Under the pieces are notes generated by a model. It made no database searches. It was not told the origin of the DNA and saw nothing but the letters and a program-made list of their open reading frames with translations. Source: Daphnia carinata (taxonomy: Eukaryota). Taken from it: DNA of 64,000 nt. The stretch covers positions 248,001-312,000 of the forward strand of contig NC_081332.1 in the NCBI RefSeq assembly GCF_022539665.2, given 5' to 3'. Positions within the stretch are counted from its first letter, which is position 1. Each line of letters opens with the position of its first letter. Below are positions 20,294-29,244 of this stretch, piece by piece. The position numbers were made by a program, and so were the translations under genes.

Positions 20294-23200
20294 CGGCTGT
20301 CCCGGCAGTGCCCGGATTGCGAACGAGATTCCTAGCGGAATTTCAGTCGCAGCATTATGGCCGCTATCAAGAAGCTAGACTGCGGCAGCGTAAGCAGGGC
20401 ATCGAGGAATCGGGAGTAGAATACTTTTACGACGTAATCGACTTATGTCGTAAGGTGGATCCGGGGATGTCTAAGGAGGCAAAAGTAGACTATCTGTTTA
20501 GGGGGCTGAAGCCCACCTTGCTGGAGAAGATTTGGATAGTTAGCCCCAAAACGTCCGCAGAATTTTTGGCAGCCCTAAAATTGCACTCCGAGGCCTCGGA
20601 ATTAGCTAATCGACCCGACTGGGCCATTAGCGTCCTGGGCGCTGCGAAGGGTGGGGCACCACCCAAGCAAGATACGAAAGACGAGTTACGCGACTTAGTG
20701 CTTGAGTTAAAGGCGGAACTCGCTGAATTGAAGCGGGCAGCGGAGAAGATGAATGACAAAAAGAGGGAGCCGGCGCGCAAGCAGCCGGATGGGGGACGCG
20801 ACGACCCGCAGGAGGATAGAAAGGGGAGCCGGAAGGACGACCGAAGAGACGGGTCGCGACCAGATGGGGCAAACCGTGAGAAGAAGGTCGAAAGTCGCGA
20901 AGCCCGAGACAGCGATAGCATGAGCGTCGGGATGGTCTCGACCGACGAGGACGAAGCCCAGGAACCAACGGTCCTACTTATAGACTCCTCTCGTTTAATT
21001 ACGGAAACTGTAACCTGTCAGGGAGTGGATATTCGGGCCGTAATCGACACAGGCGCCGTGATATCGGTGGCGTCTCCTGATTTACAGCAGAGGCTACGGA
21101 GAGAACGGGTAGAGTGGGATGGGCCGTCGGTGGTGATGGTAAATGGTCAGAAGGCCCCTCCGTTAGGGGCTATGGAGTTAGAGATCGAGCACCAGGGCAA
21201 AAAGGCCAGCGGTCAAGTACTAGTACTCGAGATGAGAGGCATCGAGTTGCTGCTAGGGAATGATTTCCTTAGCCAGTTTAAAAGATTGCAAATTAACTAT
21301 GATGCGGAACGCCCGGAGTTGTTGCTAGGGAGCCTAGTGGAAGAGTTGGCCGAAGAGGCGGAGCGCAGATCGAGACCGAAGATAGTAGCCAAGAAAGCTA
21401 GAATGCTCCCTCCCCGGGCCATCGTGCCCGTAGAGATTGAACCTGCGAATTTGGGGGAAGCAACTTGGATGATTGAGCCCTCTGAGCATCTCTCGCGGGT
21501 TAAGGGAGTTACCACTGGGAAGGTGCTAGTGTCGGCTGACCCCCTACTCGATCGCGTGCTCATCGTAAATTGGGCTAGCCGCCAAACGTACTTGCGGGAG
21601 GGCACGGTGTTGGGCCAGATGGAGATCGTCGATTCCACGGTGGTACCCATTGAGGGAGCTGGGCAGCAGAATGGAGAGGAAGGGGCGGCTACCCCGCTAA
21701 CGCCCGAGGAGGTCCATCCCGACTCTTCGGAGACGGGGCACATCCCCCGCGAAGCCTTTAGAAAACAAGTTTCGACAGACCTCCCTGCCGCTGAAACTGA
21801 AAAGCTGGTGGACGTACTCGAGGAGTTCAACACCTGTTTTGCGTTGAGAGATGGTGAACTAGGGATGTGCCGAGAGGCTGAGCACCGCATTAACACGGGG
21901 ACCGCAGCACCCGTTCATCAACCACCCTACAAAAGCGCGTGGAAAGAAAGGGCAATAGTCCAGGAACAGGTCGACCAAATGCTAAAAAAAGGGGTGATCG
22001 AGCGCTCCAGCAGCCCCTGGGCCTCGCCTGTGGTTCTCGTGAAGAAAAAGGATGGAAGCTGGCGGTTTTGTGTCGACTATCGTCGGCTGAACTCCATCTC
22101 AGTGAGGGACGTGTACCCTTTGCCGAGAATTGAGGAGACGCTGTCGCGTATGGGAAATGCCTGTATTTTTAGCACCATCGACCTTGAGAGCGGGTACTGG
22201 CAGGTACCCCTCCACGAGGCCGACAAAGAAAAGACCGCGTTCGTTACCCCCGACGGCCTGTACCAGTTCCTGGTAATGCCGTTTGGGCTAGCTTCAGCCC
22301 CCGGAACCTTCCAACGGATGATGGATTTAGTCCTGGCCGGACTCAGGTGGTCGATCTGCCTCGTCTACCTGGATGACATCATTATCTACGCTTCCGGAGT
22401 GAGAGAACATTTAAGCCGAGTCCGCCAAGTTCTGACCGCCTTACAAAGTGCGGGCTTAAAGATCAAGCTAGTCAAGTGCCAGTTTGGAGCCAGTGAGATC
22501 AAAGCTCTTGGCCACGTAATCAGTGGGCTAGGTGTCCGCCCTGATCCCGACAAAATTAATGCCATTGTCAACTTTCCCGTTCCTTCCTATTTCAATAAAC
22601 CGAGCGAAAGGTTGAAATGCGTACGTAGCTTCGTTGGGTTGTGTTCTTATTACCGTAGGTTTATCCCTCAGTTCGCCCAGTCAGCAAAGCCGCTTACGGA
22701 CCTGTTTAAAAAAGGAGGTTGTTTTGCGTGGGAAGCACCCCAGGAAGCGAGTTTCTTTTCTTTGAAGCAGGCGTTGACTCGAGCTGCAATTTTAGCCTAC
22801 CCCGATTTTGATAGGCCTTTTGAAATTCACCCTGACGCTTGTGACTACGGCCTAGGGGCCGTACTGCTACAACGCTTCGATAATGTGGAGAGGCCGTTGG
22901 CCTACGCGAGTCGACTACTGTCTAAAAGTGAAAGTAACTATTCCATCACCGAGAAGGAGTGCTTAGCCTTGGTGTGGGCCGTGAAGAAGTTTCGCAGTTA
23001 CATCTGGGGCATGGAAACTTTGGTGGTAACCGACCACCACGCTCTTTGTTGGTTGTTGACAAAGAAGGACTTAGCAGGGCGCCTAGCCCGTTGGAGGCTC
23101 CAGCTCCAAGAATTCTTGCTACGCATCGTTCATCGGAACGGGAGATTACATTCCGACGCGGACGCTCTCTCTCGTTACCCGACGGACTCTCCGCAAGAAC

Positions 23201-23412
23201 TAGACGAAGATTTGCAGTGCATGGTTGCTGCCCTGAGTGTCGACCTGGAAGGCAAAAGTACGTTACAGTGCGCCCAGAAAAATGAGTGGAAGCTTGTATT
23301 TGCTGAATTGGAAAAGGGGAAACCATACCCCCAATATCGTCTTAGGGATGGACTGCTATATCGTGCAAAAGTCATGGAGGACGGTCTTCTCTTACGTCTG
23401 TGTGTTCCCTAA
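20125..23412 (+). CDS. pol: Gag C-terminus + protease + reverse transcriptase + RNase H (premature TAA before integrase)
   Basis: VIDTGA protease; WRFCVDYRRLN, MPFGL, YLDD in RT; DACDYGLGAVL...EKECLA...TDH in RNase H. Confidence 0.95.
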   Translation: MVGALREYCSVQPLGEYREGRNFGMHLDGAARKWFLCSGAPTDWEDTPAVAAAPGVAAVPAVPGLRTRFLAEFQSQHYGRYQEARLRQRKQGIEESGVEYFYDVIDLCRKVDPGMSKEAKVDYLFRGLKPTLLEKIWIVSPKTSAEFLAALKLHSEASELANRPDWAISVLGAAKGGAPPKQDTKDELRDLVLELKAELAELKRAAEKMNDKKREPARKQPDGGRDDPQEDRKGSRKDDRRDGSRPDGANREKKVESREARDSDSMSVGMVSTDEDEAQEPTVLLIDSSRLITETVTCQGVDIRAVIDTGAVISVASPDLQQRLRRERVEWDGPSVVMVNGQKAPPLGAMELEIEHQGKKASGQVLVLEMRGIELLLGNDFLSQFKRLQINYDAERPELLLGSLVEELAEEAERRSRPKIVAKKARMLPPRAIVPVEIEPANLGEATWMIEPSEHLSRVKGVTTGKVLVSADPLLDRVLIVNWASRQTYLREGTVLGQMEIVDSTVVPIEGAGQQNGEEGAATPLTPEEVHPDSSETGHIPREAFRKQVSTDLPAAETEKLVDVLEEFNTCFALRDGELGMCREAEHRINTGTAAPVHQPPYKSAWKERAIVQEQVDQMLKKGVIERSSSPWASPVVLVKKKDGSWRFCVDYRRLNSISVRDVYPLPRIEETLSRMGNACIFSTIDLESGYWQVPLHEADKEKTAFVTPDGLYQFLVMPFGLASAPGTFQRMMDLVLAGLRWSICLVYLDDIIIYASGVREHLSRVRQVLTALQSAGLKIKLVKCQFGASEIKALGHVISGLGVRPDPDKINAIVNFPVPSYFNKPSERLKCVRSFVGLCSYYRRFIPQFAQSAKPLTDLFKKGGCFAWEAPQEASFFSLKQALTRAAILAYPDFDRPFEIHPDACDYGLGAVLLQRFDNVERPLAYASRLLSKSESNYSITEKECLALVWAVKKFRSYIWGMETLVVTDHHALCWLLTKKDLAGRLARWRLQLQEFLLRIVHRNGRLHSDADALSRYPTDSPQELDEDLQCMVAALSVDLEGKSTLQCAQKNEWKLVFAELEKGKPYPQYRLRDGLLYRAKVMEDGLLLRLCVP

Positions 23413-23427
23413 CCCTTCAGAGAAGAA

Positions 23428-26400
23428 GTGATGCGTGCTTGTCATCACGACATTACTGCTGGCCACTTGGGACTCACGCGGACACTACACAAGATCCAGG
23501 CCCGGTATTATTGGCCAGGCATGGGAGAGGATATCCGTGATTTCCTGCGGAAGTGTCGCGAGTGTCAATCGCGCAAGCCGGTATACCAGCGTCCGGCTGG
23601 ATTCATGGAAATCCAGCAAAGTGAGCGTCCCTTCGAGAGACTGGGGATGGACATTTTAGGTCCCTTCCCTCTGTCAAAAACCGGTAATACCAACATCATT
23701 GTTGCCGTTGACTACGTTACTAAGTGGGCAGAGACTAAAGCCCTGCCGAGAGCAGACGCCGCAGAGGTGGCTGACTTTTTGGTGAAAAATGTGTTGTTAC
23801 GGCATGGAGCCCCTCGTAAATTGACAACCGACCAAGGGCGCTGCTTTATGGCGGAGGTGACGCAGAAGGTGCTACAGGCGATGGAAACCAACCATACGCC
23901 CACCACAGCATACCGGCCCCAGGCGAATGGGTTGGTCGAGCGGCTAAATCATACTCTAGCCGATATGCTATCTATGTACGTTAGTGCGGATCACCGGGAT
24001 TGGGATGAATCCTTACCGTTTGTAACCTTCGCCTACAATACCAGCCGCCAGGAAAGCACGGGGAGGACCCCTTTTTACCTCGTCTATGGAAGGGAGGCTT
24101 TCCTCCCTATCGACGGTGCCTTGGGTTCCGACCCCAATCTTGTTCCTCCTCGCGACCGGGACCCCACGGAATGGGCCTTGGAAAGGTTACAACGAGCGCG
24201 TCAGGACGTACAGAGGCTGAGCGCTGCCGCACATAAAAAGCAGAAGGTGCGGTACGACGAGGGACGCCGAGAAGCCCCGACTTACCTGCCTGGTGAAGAG
24301 GTATTAATTTACAAACCGATCCGGAAGGTAGGGAAGTCGGAGAAGCTTCTGCATCGCTGGTTTGGGCCGTACACGGTTGTGCGCCAAACCACTCCCAGCA
24401 ACTATGAGGTCAAGCTCGGCAAGTCCCCAAGATCCGAAATTGTACATGTGGAACGGATCAAGCCTTTCGTCGACTATGTGAGTCCTAGGCCCCAGGTGCA
24501 AGTCACCAGTGCTATGGGCATCGGCGATCAACCAGGGGAGACTTCTCCGCGTCGCCGACCCCGGGCCCACACTGAAAACCGGGCACCCGAACAACCACCG
24601 GAGCAGCCACCGCTCGCGGAGTCCACCCTTCCGCGATCGGCCACCCCGCCCGATGGAGAGGGAGGTGGAGGCCTCCGACGTTCCGCGAGGATCCGGGCGG
24701 CCAGAAAAACATTCCTGTTGACCTTCCCGCTCCTGCTTATCCTCACGGTGATAGGGGAGTTTAAGCATGCCTCAACTAAAGAAGTAGTGGCTTATCAAGG
24801 AGTGATCTTTAAATCCGAGGGGGAAGTGTCGTTCTCCGACTCCGAATGGGTCGTGGCCACCGACCTTACGTTCGACCACCTGACAACCATGATGAAGACC
24901 TTACACGAGTGGCTCGAGGTGAAAGTGGATACTATGGCTAATCGTCATAATGGCCCTAGAGACAAATTTAAGCTGACGCTACAACAACATGTGAAGGGGA
25001 GGGCCCTAGTAGAGTTAGGGAAGTTACGGCGTTGTAGCCAACGTTTTAGTGACCTAAAAACAGCCGTTAACCTGCAAGCAGCGAGGCGGAAGCGAGGATT
25101 AATTGACGGAAGTGGTAAAGTACTCAATTGGCTCTTCGGAGTGTCCACGCAGGAGGACCTCGAACATGTCCATGGTCGCCTGGAAAAATTGTCCACGGAG
25201 ACTACCTCAATAGTGCATGCTTTGGAAATCCACGCATCTCTCATAAATGAGACATTGTGGGAAACGAAAGCAGTAGCTGATGCTGTGAATGAGCTACAGA
25301 CTGCTTTCGCGCAAATCGAGAGAGAAACCTGGATATTAGACCAAAAAATTGAAGGAGTCGCCCGAGAAATGGAGACATATTGGATAGCAATCACGAGAGT
25401 GGAGGATGCTTCTCGGCAGGTGGAGTCCGCCCTCGCCTGGCTTGATGAAGAACTGAACAGCTTTTCGGTTGGCATAGCTACTATGTCCATGGGGCGGCTT
25501 CCGGTTACTCTTTTTCCTCCATTACAAGTGCAAGCGGTGCTGAAGGAAATCAAGGCGGTTCTACCTCCAGGCTGGTCGTTGAGCCCATCCATCCAGAACG
25601 GGGATATCTGGAAGGTGTACACGGAAGCGAAAGTGGTTGTAGCCACCGTAGGTAACTACCTCCGCATTTTCATGCACTTACCCGTGTTCGAATTCCCTTT
25701 CAGATTTACGCTGTATGAGGTCATCAGCTTGCCGCGTCCCATCGGTAATGCCACGCTAGGTGCTCAGTTTGAGCCCCTTCCCCCATTTCTTGCCGTGGCC
25801 GGTGATAGTCAGGCTTTTGTGGAATTGTCGGTGTCCGACTCTGCCCGCTGTGTGACCTCCCCTACGTCCATCTGCCCAATCAGCCGAGCAGTAAATAGGA
25901 AACACCGGGAGCCAAGTTGCGCAATGGCGCTGTTTCTGAAGGACGAGGTGCGAAGCCGCCTTCACTGCAAAACTAAGCTTTCGCCCTGGAGAGGCCAACA
26001 AACGGTGTATCTAGGTCACCGTAGGTGGGGTTATTCCACGACACAAGAGATGACTATAACGTTCACCTGTCCACACGAACGCGGGAGACCGAACACCGTT
26101 ATTAAGAAAGAAGCGTTTGATGTCTTCGAGGTACCAATGTCGTGTTCTGCACATACGGACGATTGGATTTTTCAAGCAAGCTTCAGAAAAAATGTCAAAC
26201 ATGCACTCAGCAACAACACTCTACCGACTATGACGCAGCTCGAAAATTTGGGTCCACTTCTAACGGAGACTGCCGAAGAAGAAACTACATCGCCCGACGA
26301 AAAAAATGGTGCGCCTAAGAAGCTCCTACTATCGCGCCGCGCTAAGTTTCAGAGCCGCATTTCACTCATGGGTGAACACTTGCGCGTGATTGAAGAGGAA

Positions 26401-26619
26401 GAGAAAGCAAGAGTGGCTATGGAGTTCGACCGCTCCGTCGGGTTCCGATATCCCTACGAAATAGTTGTCGCGATAGCCGGGTTGTTGCTGGGCTTTGGGA
26501 CTTTGTTATTTTTCGGCCGGCGTGCATATCAGTTGTCGCTCGCCAGCGTTACCCAACGCATAGTCGATCTAGAAAGCCGACTAGCTGTACACGAGGCAGA
26601 TGTAGAAGGGCGACTGTAG
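23428..26619 (+). CDS. Integrase fused in frame to an F-like envelope glycoprotein
   Basis: HHCC zinc finger, D(ILGP)..D(QG)..E(R) catalytic triad and GPY motif. Then a hydrophobic signal segment (FLLTFPLLLILTVIG), furin site RRKR followed by fusion peptide GLIDGSGKVLNWLFG, heptads, a Cys-rich region and a C-terminal TM (IVVAIAGLLLGFGTLLFF). Confidence 0.92.
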   Translation: MMRACHHDITAGHLGLTRTLHKIQARYYWPGMGEDIRDFLRKCRECQSRKPVYQRPAGFMEIQQSERPFERLGMDILGPFPLSKTGNTNIIVAVDYVTKWAETKALPRADAAEVADFLVKNVLLRHGAPRKLTTDQGRCFMAEVTQKVLQAMETNHTPTTAYRPQANGLVERLNHTLADMLSMYVSADHRDWDESLPFVTFAYNTSRQESTGRTPFYLVYGREAFLPIDGALGSDPNLVPPRDRDPTEWALERLQRARQDVQRLSAAAHKKQKVRYDEGRREAPTYLPGEEVLIYKPIRKVGKSEKLLHRWFGPYTVVRQTTPSNYEVKLGKSPRSEIVHVERIKPFVDYVSPRPQVQVTSAMGIGDQPGETSPRRRPRAHTENRAPEQPPEQPPLAESTLPRSATPPDGEGGGGLRRSARIRAARKTFLLTFPLLLILTVIGEFKHASTKEVVAYQGVIFKSEGEVSFSDSEWVVATDLTFDHLTTMMKTLHEWLEVKVDTMANRHNGPRDKFKLTLQQHVKGRALVELGKLRRCSQRFSDLKTAVNLQAARRKRGLIDGSGKVLNWLFGVSTQEDLEHVHGRLEKLSTETTSIVHALEIHASLINETLWETKAVADAVNELQTAFAQIERETWILDQKIEGVAREMETYWIAITRVEDASRQVESALAWLDEELNSFSVGIATMSMGRLPVTLFPPLQVQAVLKEIKAVLPPGWSLSPSIQNGDIWKVYTEAKVVVATVGNYLRIFMHLPVFEFPFRFTLYEVISLPRPIGNATLGAQFEPLPPFLAVAGDSQAFVELSVSDSARCVTSPTSICPISRAVNRKHREPSCAMALFLKDEVRSRLHCKTKLSPWRGQQTVYLGHRRWGYSTTQEMTITFTCPHERGRPNTVIKKEAFDVFEVPMSCSAHTDDWIFQASFRKNVKHALSNNTLPTMTQLENLGPLLTETAEEETTSPDEKNGAPKKLLLSRRAKFQSRISLMGEHLRVIEEEEKARVAMEFDRSVGFRYPYEIVVAIAGLLLGFGTLLFFGRRAYQLSLASVTQRIVDLESRLAVHEADVEGRL

Positions 26620-26843
26620 TTCGACCCTCCAAATACAGAAAAACTTTGTTTAGTCTCGCTTCGTGTCGTTATTATTATGTTTACCCCTTTTATTCCCTTA
26701 TATGTAGTCTGCCCGATACTTGATGTGTAGTTTTTCTGCTGTTAAAGGTAGCGTCGTGCATTTGTTTTACGTCATGTAGGTCTAGGTCTTCGCCCGTCTA
26801 GTTTCTGCCCGCGGGACAATGCGATCGGGACGAGTCGCAGGCT

Positions 26844-26854
26844 GAGGAGGGGGA
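26844..26854 (+). promoter_or_regulatory. Polypurine tract of element 1
   Basis: GAGGAGGGGGA immediately before the TGT of the 3' LTR. Confidence 0.9.
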
Positions 26855-27248
26855 TGTAGCGAATGATTTCTTGCTAGTTCAAGAAACACGAGAGTGGCGT
26901 GGGAGAGAGCTTCCACGCCCGTTCTCACCCTCCGTTATGGCTGTAACGGAGAGACTCACCATCCGTTGGAGATGATCCTCTTTCTCCATCCGATCGCTTA
27001 AGCCTTGGATGGACGGAACATGCGGCCACGGGAAATAGCCCGGGCAGAGTAGTGGGGGCAGTCAGTCTTTTGGTGTTAATCAGTCCAGTTAGTCGATTTG
27101 TGTTGGTCTATGTGTTTTAACGTGCGCGCTTCTACCCTTAGTGTATCCAGTTTTTCTCCCTTGTAATGTTATCTTCCTAGTGACATACTGTGTGTAGTTG
27201 GTTGATCGAAGCCCTCTAATAAACGTTTTTCCCAGATCGCTCGTTACA
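26855..27248 (+). repeat. 3' LTR of element 1 (394 bp)
   Basis: TGTAGCGA...TCGTTACA imperfect inverted termini. Confidence 0.95.
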
Positions 27249-27355
27249 ATATTCTATAATTCAAATATTGTGCATACATGCCCAATGCTGGGAATGTTTA
27301 TTGAAAAAAGGCTTACGGTTCATTGTTACTCGAGTAAAATTGTAATCAGTTTGTG

Positions 27356-27437
27356 GACGAGGTGACCGAGCGGTTAAGGTGATGGACTGCTAATCCATTG
27401 TGCATTGCACGCGTGGGTTCGAATCCCATCTTCGTCG
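27356..27437 (+). tRNA. tRNA-Ser(GCT), unit 17 (between the two LTR elements)
   Basis: Same as consensus. Confidence 0.94.
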
Positions 27438-27551
27438 TGATCATTTAATCCTCCAATTGATACCGAAATTTATGGAATACTTACGAAATTATAATCGCAA
27501 TAAAACCGTTGGTTTCTTCGTGAAACTTACAGGGTCGAACTTATATTACAT

Positions 27552-27623
27552 GGTTACATGGTGTAATGGTTAGCACTTCAGACTTTGACTCTGAAAATCT
27601 GAGTTCGATTCTAAGTAGGACCT
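27552..27623 (+). pseudogene. Degenerate tRNA-Gln(TTG), unit 17
   Basis: GGTTACA 5' strand and CTAAG T-stem mismatches; loop CTTTGAC. Confidence 0.8.
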
Positions 27624-27662
27624 GAGACAGTGAAGCCAACGACAAACATTTTTGAACACTAC

Positions 27663-28415
27663 TGTAACGAAGCCGAATATACTACTTTAACTTTTTCTCG
27701 CTTTTGCTTCAGTAGTGAATACAAGTCTGGGCACGACAATTGCAACACTATGTACGCAGTGCAGCTGACCCAAATGAACACCTGCAGCTGACTCACGCAG
27801 ACGATACGCCCCAACACCACGCCACATCGAACGGCATCCTCTGATTGGCTGCACGCGTGAGTTACACAAGCTCCGCCCAATCACGCCACTTTTGCAAGAT
27901 GCAAAGTTTCGTGATGAACCCAGCTATTGATGAAGATCAGACAAGTAGTTGCAGCCGAGACAAGTAGTTGCAGCCGAGACAAGTAGTTGCCTTAAGCCTA
28001 TCTTCCTTGCCTTATTGAGTAGTATTGTGTCTTAGTTAATGTTTCCATACTTAAACCTTGAATAAAATCTCGTTCTCGTCCCAAGGTTTTCGGACATTGT
28101 TGTCCACTCTAAAGTGTCTGAACTCTTGTCGTGTACCGCTTGTGTAGAAGCCGAATTCCAAGTTCGCCTTGTGTCGTTTCTCTTCCATTCTTTCACTCGT
28201 GAGTTCACGGTAAGACCCCCTGGTTATTTGTTCTTTCTTTTAACTGTTTCCTCAAATGTTCCTTCTTATCTGTTACTCTCTTATCTTTTTAATTCTTGTA
28301 TCTTAGCTATAATAAACACAGACGTCATTGTGGGTAAAAACGCCTCTGAGTTCAATATCATTTTATTGTCTTAATTCCGTAAAGTTCATCTTCCCACACG
28401 GGAAGATGCTTTACA
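27663..28415 (+). repeat. 5' LTR of element 2 (~753 bp)
   Basis: TGTAA...TTACA termini; AATAAA; followed by PBS; 19-bp tandem AGACAAGTAGTTGCAGCCG x2.7 at 27939-27990. Confidence 0.85.
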
Positions 28416-28418
28416 TTA

Positions 28419-28431
28419 TGGTGGCAGCGGT
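28419..28431 (+). promoter_or_regulatory. Primer binding site, tRNA-Leu type
   Basis: TGGTGGCAGCGGT, complementary to the ...ACCGCTGCCACCA 3' end of tRNA-Leu(AAG/TAG). Confidence 0.85.
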
Positions 28432-28449
28432 TTCTCGAACTCAACCACA

Positions 28450-29244
28450 ATGACGGATGATGTTATTTCTGGCGGACATAGGATACCTCGCACGCCTGTA
28501 AGCACCCCCCTTGTTCCCCTAACGCCAGTGGTACAAATAACCGACGAAACAGTTGCTAAGTTAATTGATTTTGAGAAACTATCAGGTCGTTCTACGTCCA
28601 CGTTAGATAAGTTTCAGGGCTGTAAAGCGTCAGAAGCAGACACTGAGGCCGTTAAGAAATCTGCTTCCCCTGTTTTGAAACCTGAAGTGCAGACAGATAA
28701 TACTCAGTTACGTAAATTACGGTCGAATCCTGCTTATGAGGAAGTCGCTCCGTTCGTTAAACCCACCAATAAACAAACTGGTACACGTGCTAAGTCTACT
28801 GCCGCTTCCACTCAACGTCCACGATCGGTTTATGCTAAGTTCTTTTCTCGTCTTGCTCCTCCAAAATCACCTACGAAAAGCGAATCAAAGGCTAGTCTCC
28901 TCTCGAGTACTCTTTTAAGCTTCTTTCAAAAGAAAAGCCCAGTGAATGGACGATCACCTCAACTTGAGTCTCCATCACCTATACCACGAGATCCAGAGCA
29001 ATCCATCCACAGTATTTCCGACGCCGTCGAGTCCAATTCCGTCCCTGATATTAGCACTCAAGTGCCTGAAGGAGAGGGTGTTGGACTTCCAGTCACACGA
29101 CCCGAAAATTTGGGACCAGCTGAACCGGCTACTGAACGATTTCGGGCTGAGGGACCGCCCCCTGGGCAAACCGCAGTTGCTGACGGACGTGGAGACGCCG
29201 ACAATATTCCTGAAATACTTAGCTGTGATTCAGCGGGCAGATAA
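28450..29244 (+). CDS. Probable N-terminal, low-complexity part of element-2 Gag (separated by a frameshift at ~29240)
   Basis: 264-aa S/P/T-rich ORF starting just after the PBS; composition continues in the gag frame. Confidence 0.6.
   Translation: MTDDVISGGHRIPRTPVSTPLVPLTPVVQITDETVAKLIDFEKLSGRSTSTLDKFQGCKASEADTEAVKKSASPVLKPEVQTDNTQLRKLRSNPAYEEVAPFVKPTNKQTGTRAKSTAASTQRPRSVYAKFFSRLAPPKSPTKSESKASLLSSTLLSFFQKKSPVNGRSPQLESPSPIPRDPEQSIHSISDAVESNSVPDISTQVPEGEGVGLPVTRPENLGPAEPATERFRAEGPPPGQTAVADGRGDADNIPEILSCDSAGR

Larger units (their letters stand above)
18781..27248 (+). mobile_element. Ty3/Gypsy LTR retrotransposon with env (element 1)
   Basis: Paired LTRs, TSD ATAT (18777-18780 / 27249-27252), PBS, PPT, PR-RT-RH-IN domain order, env. 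Confidence 0.97.

Noticed and set aside
23410..23412. Programmed stop read-through before integrase (likewise the TGA at 32557)
   Set aside because: Both stops fall within conserved Pol sequence; nonsense mutations are the simpler explanation.
19482..26202. Antisense ORFs across element 1 (up to 233 aa)
   Set aside because: Shadow ORFs of GC-rich coding sequence with no motifs.
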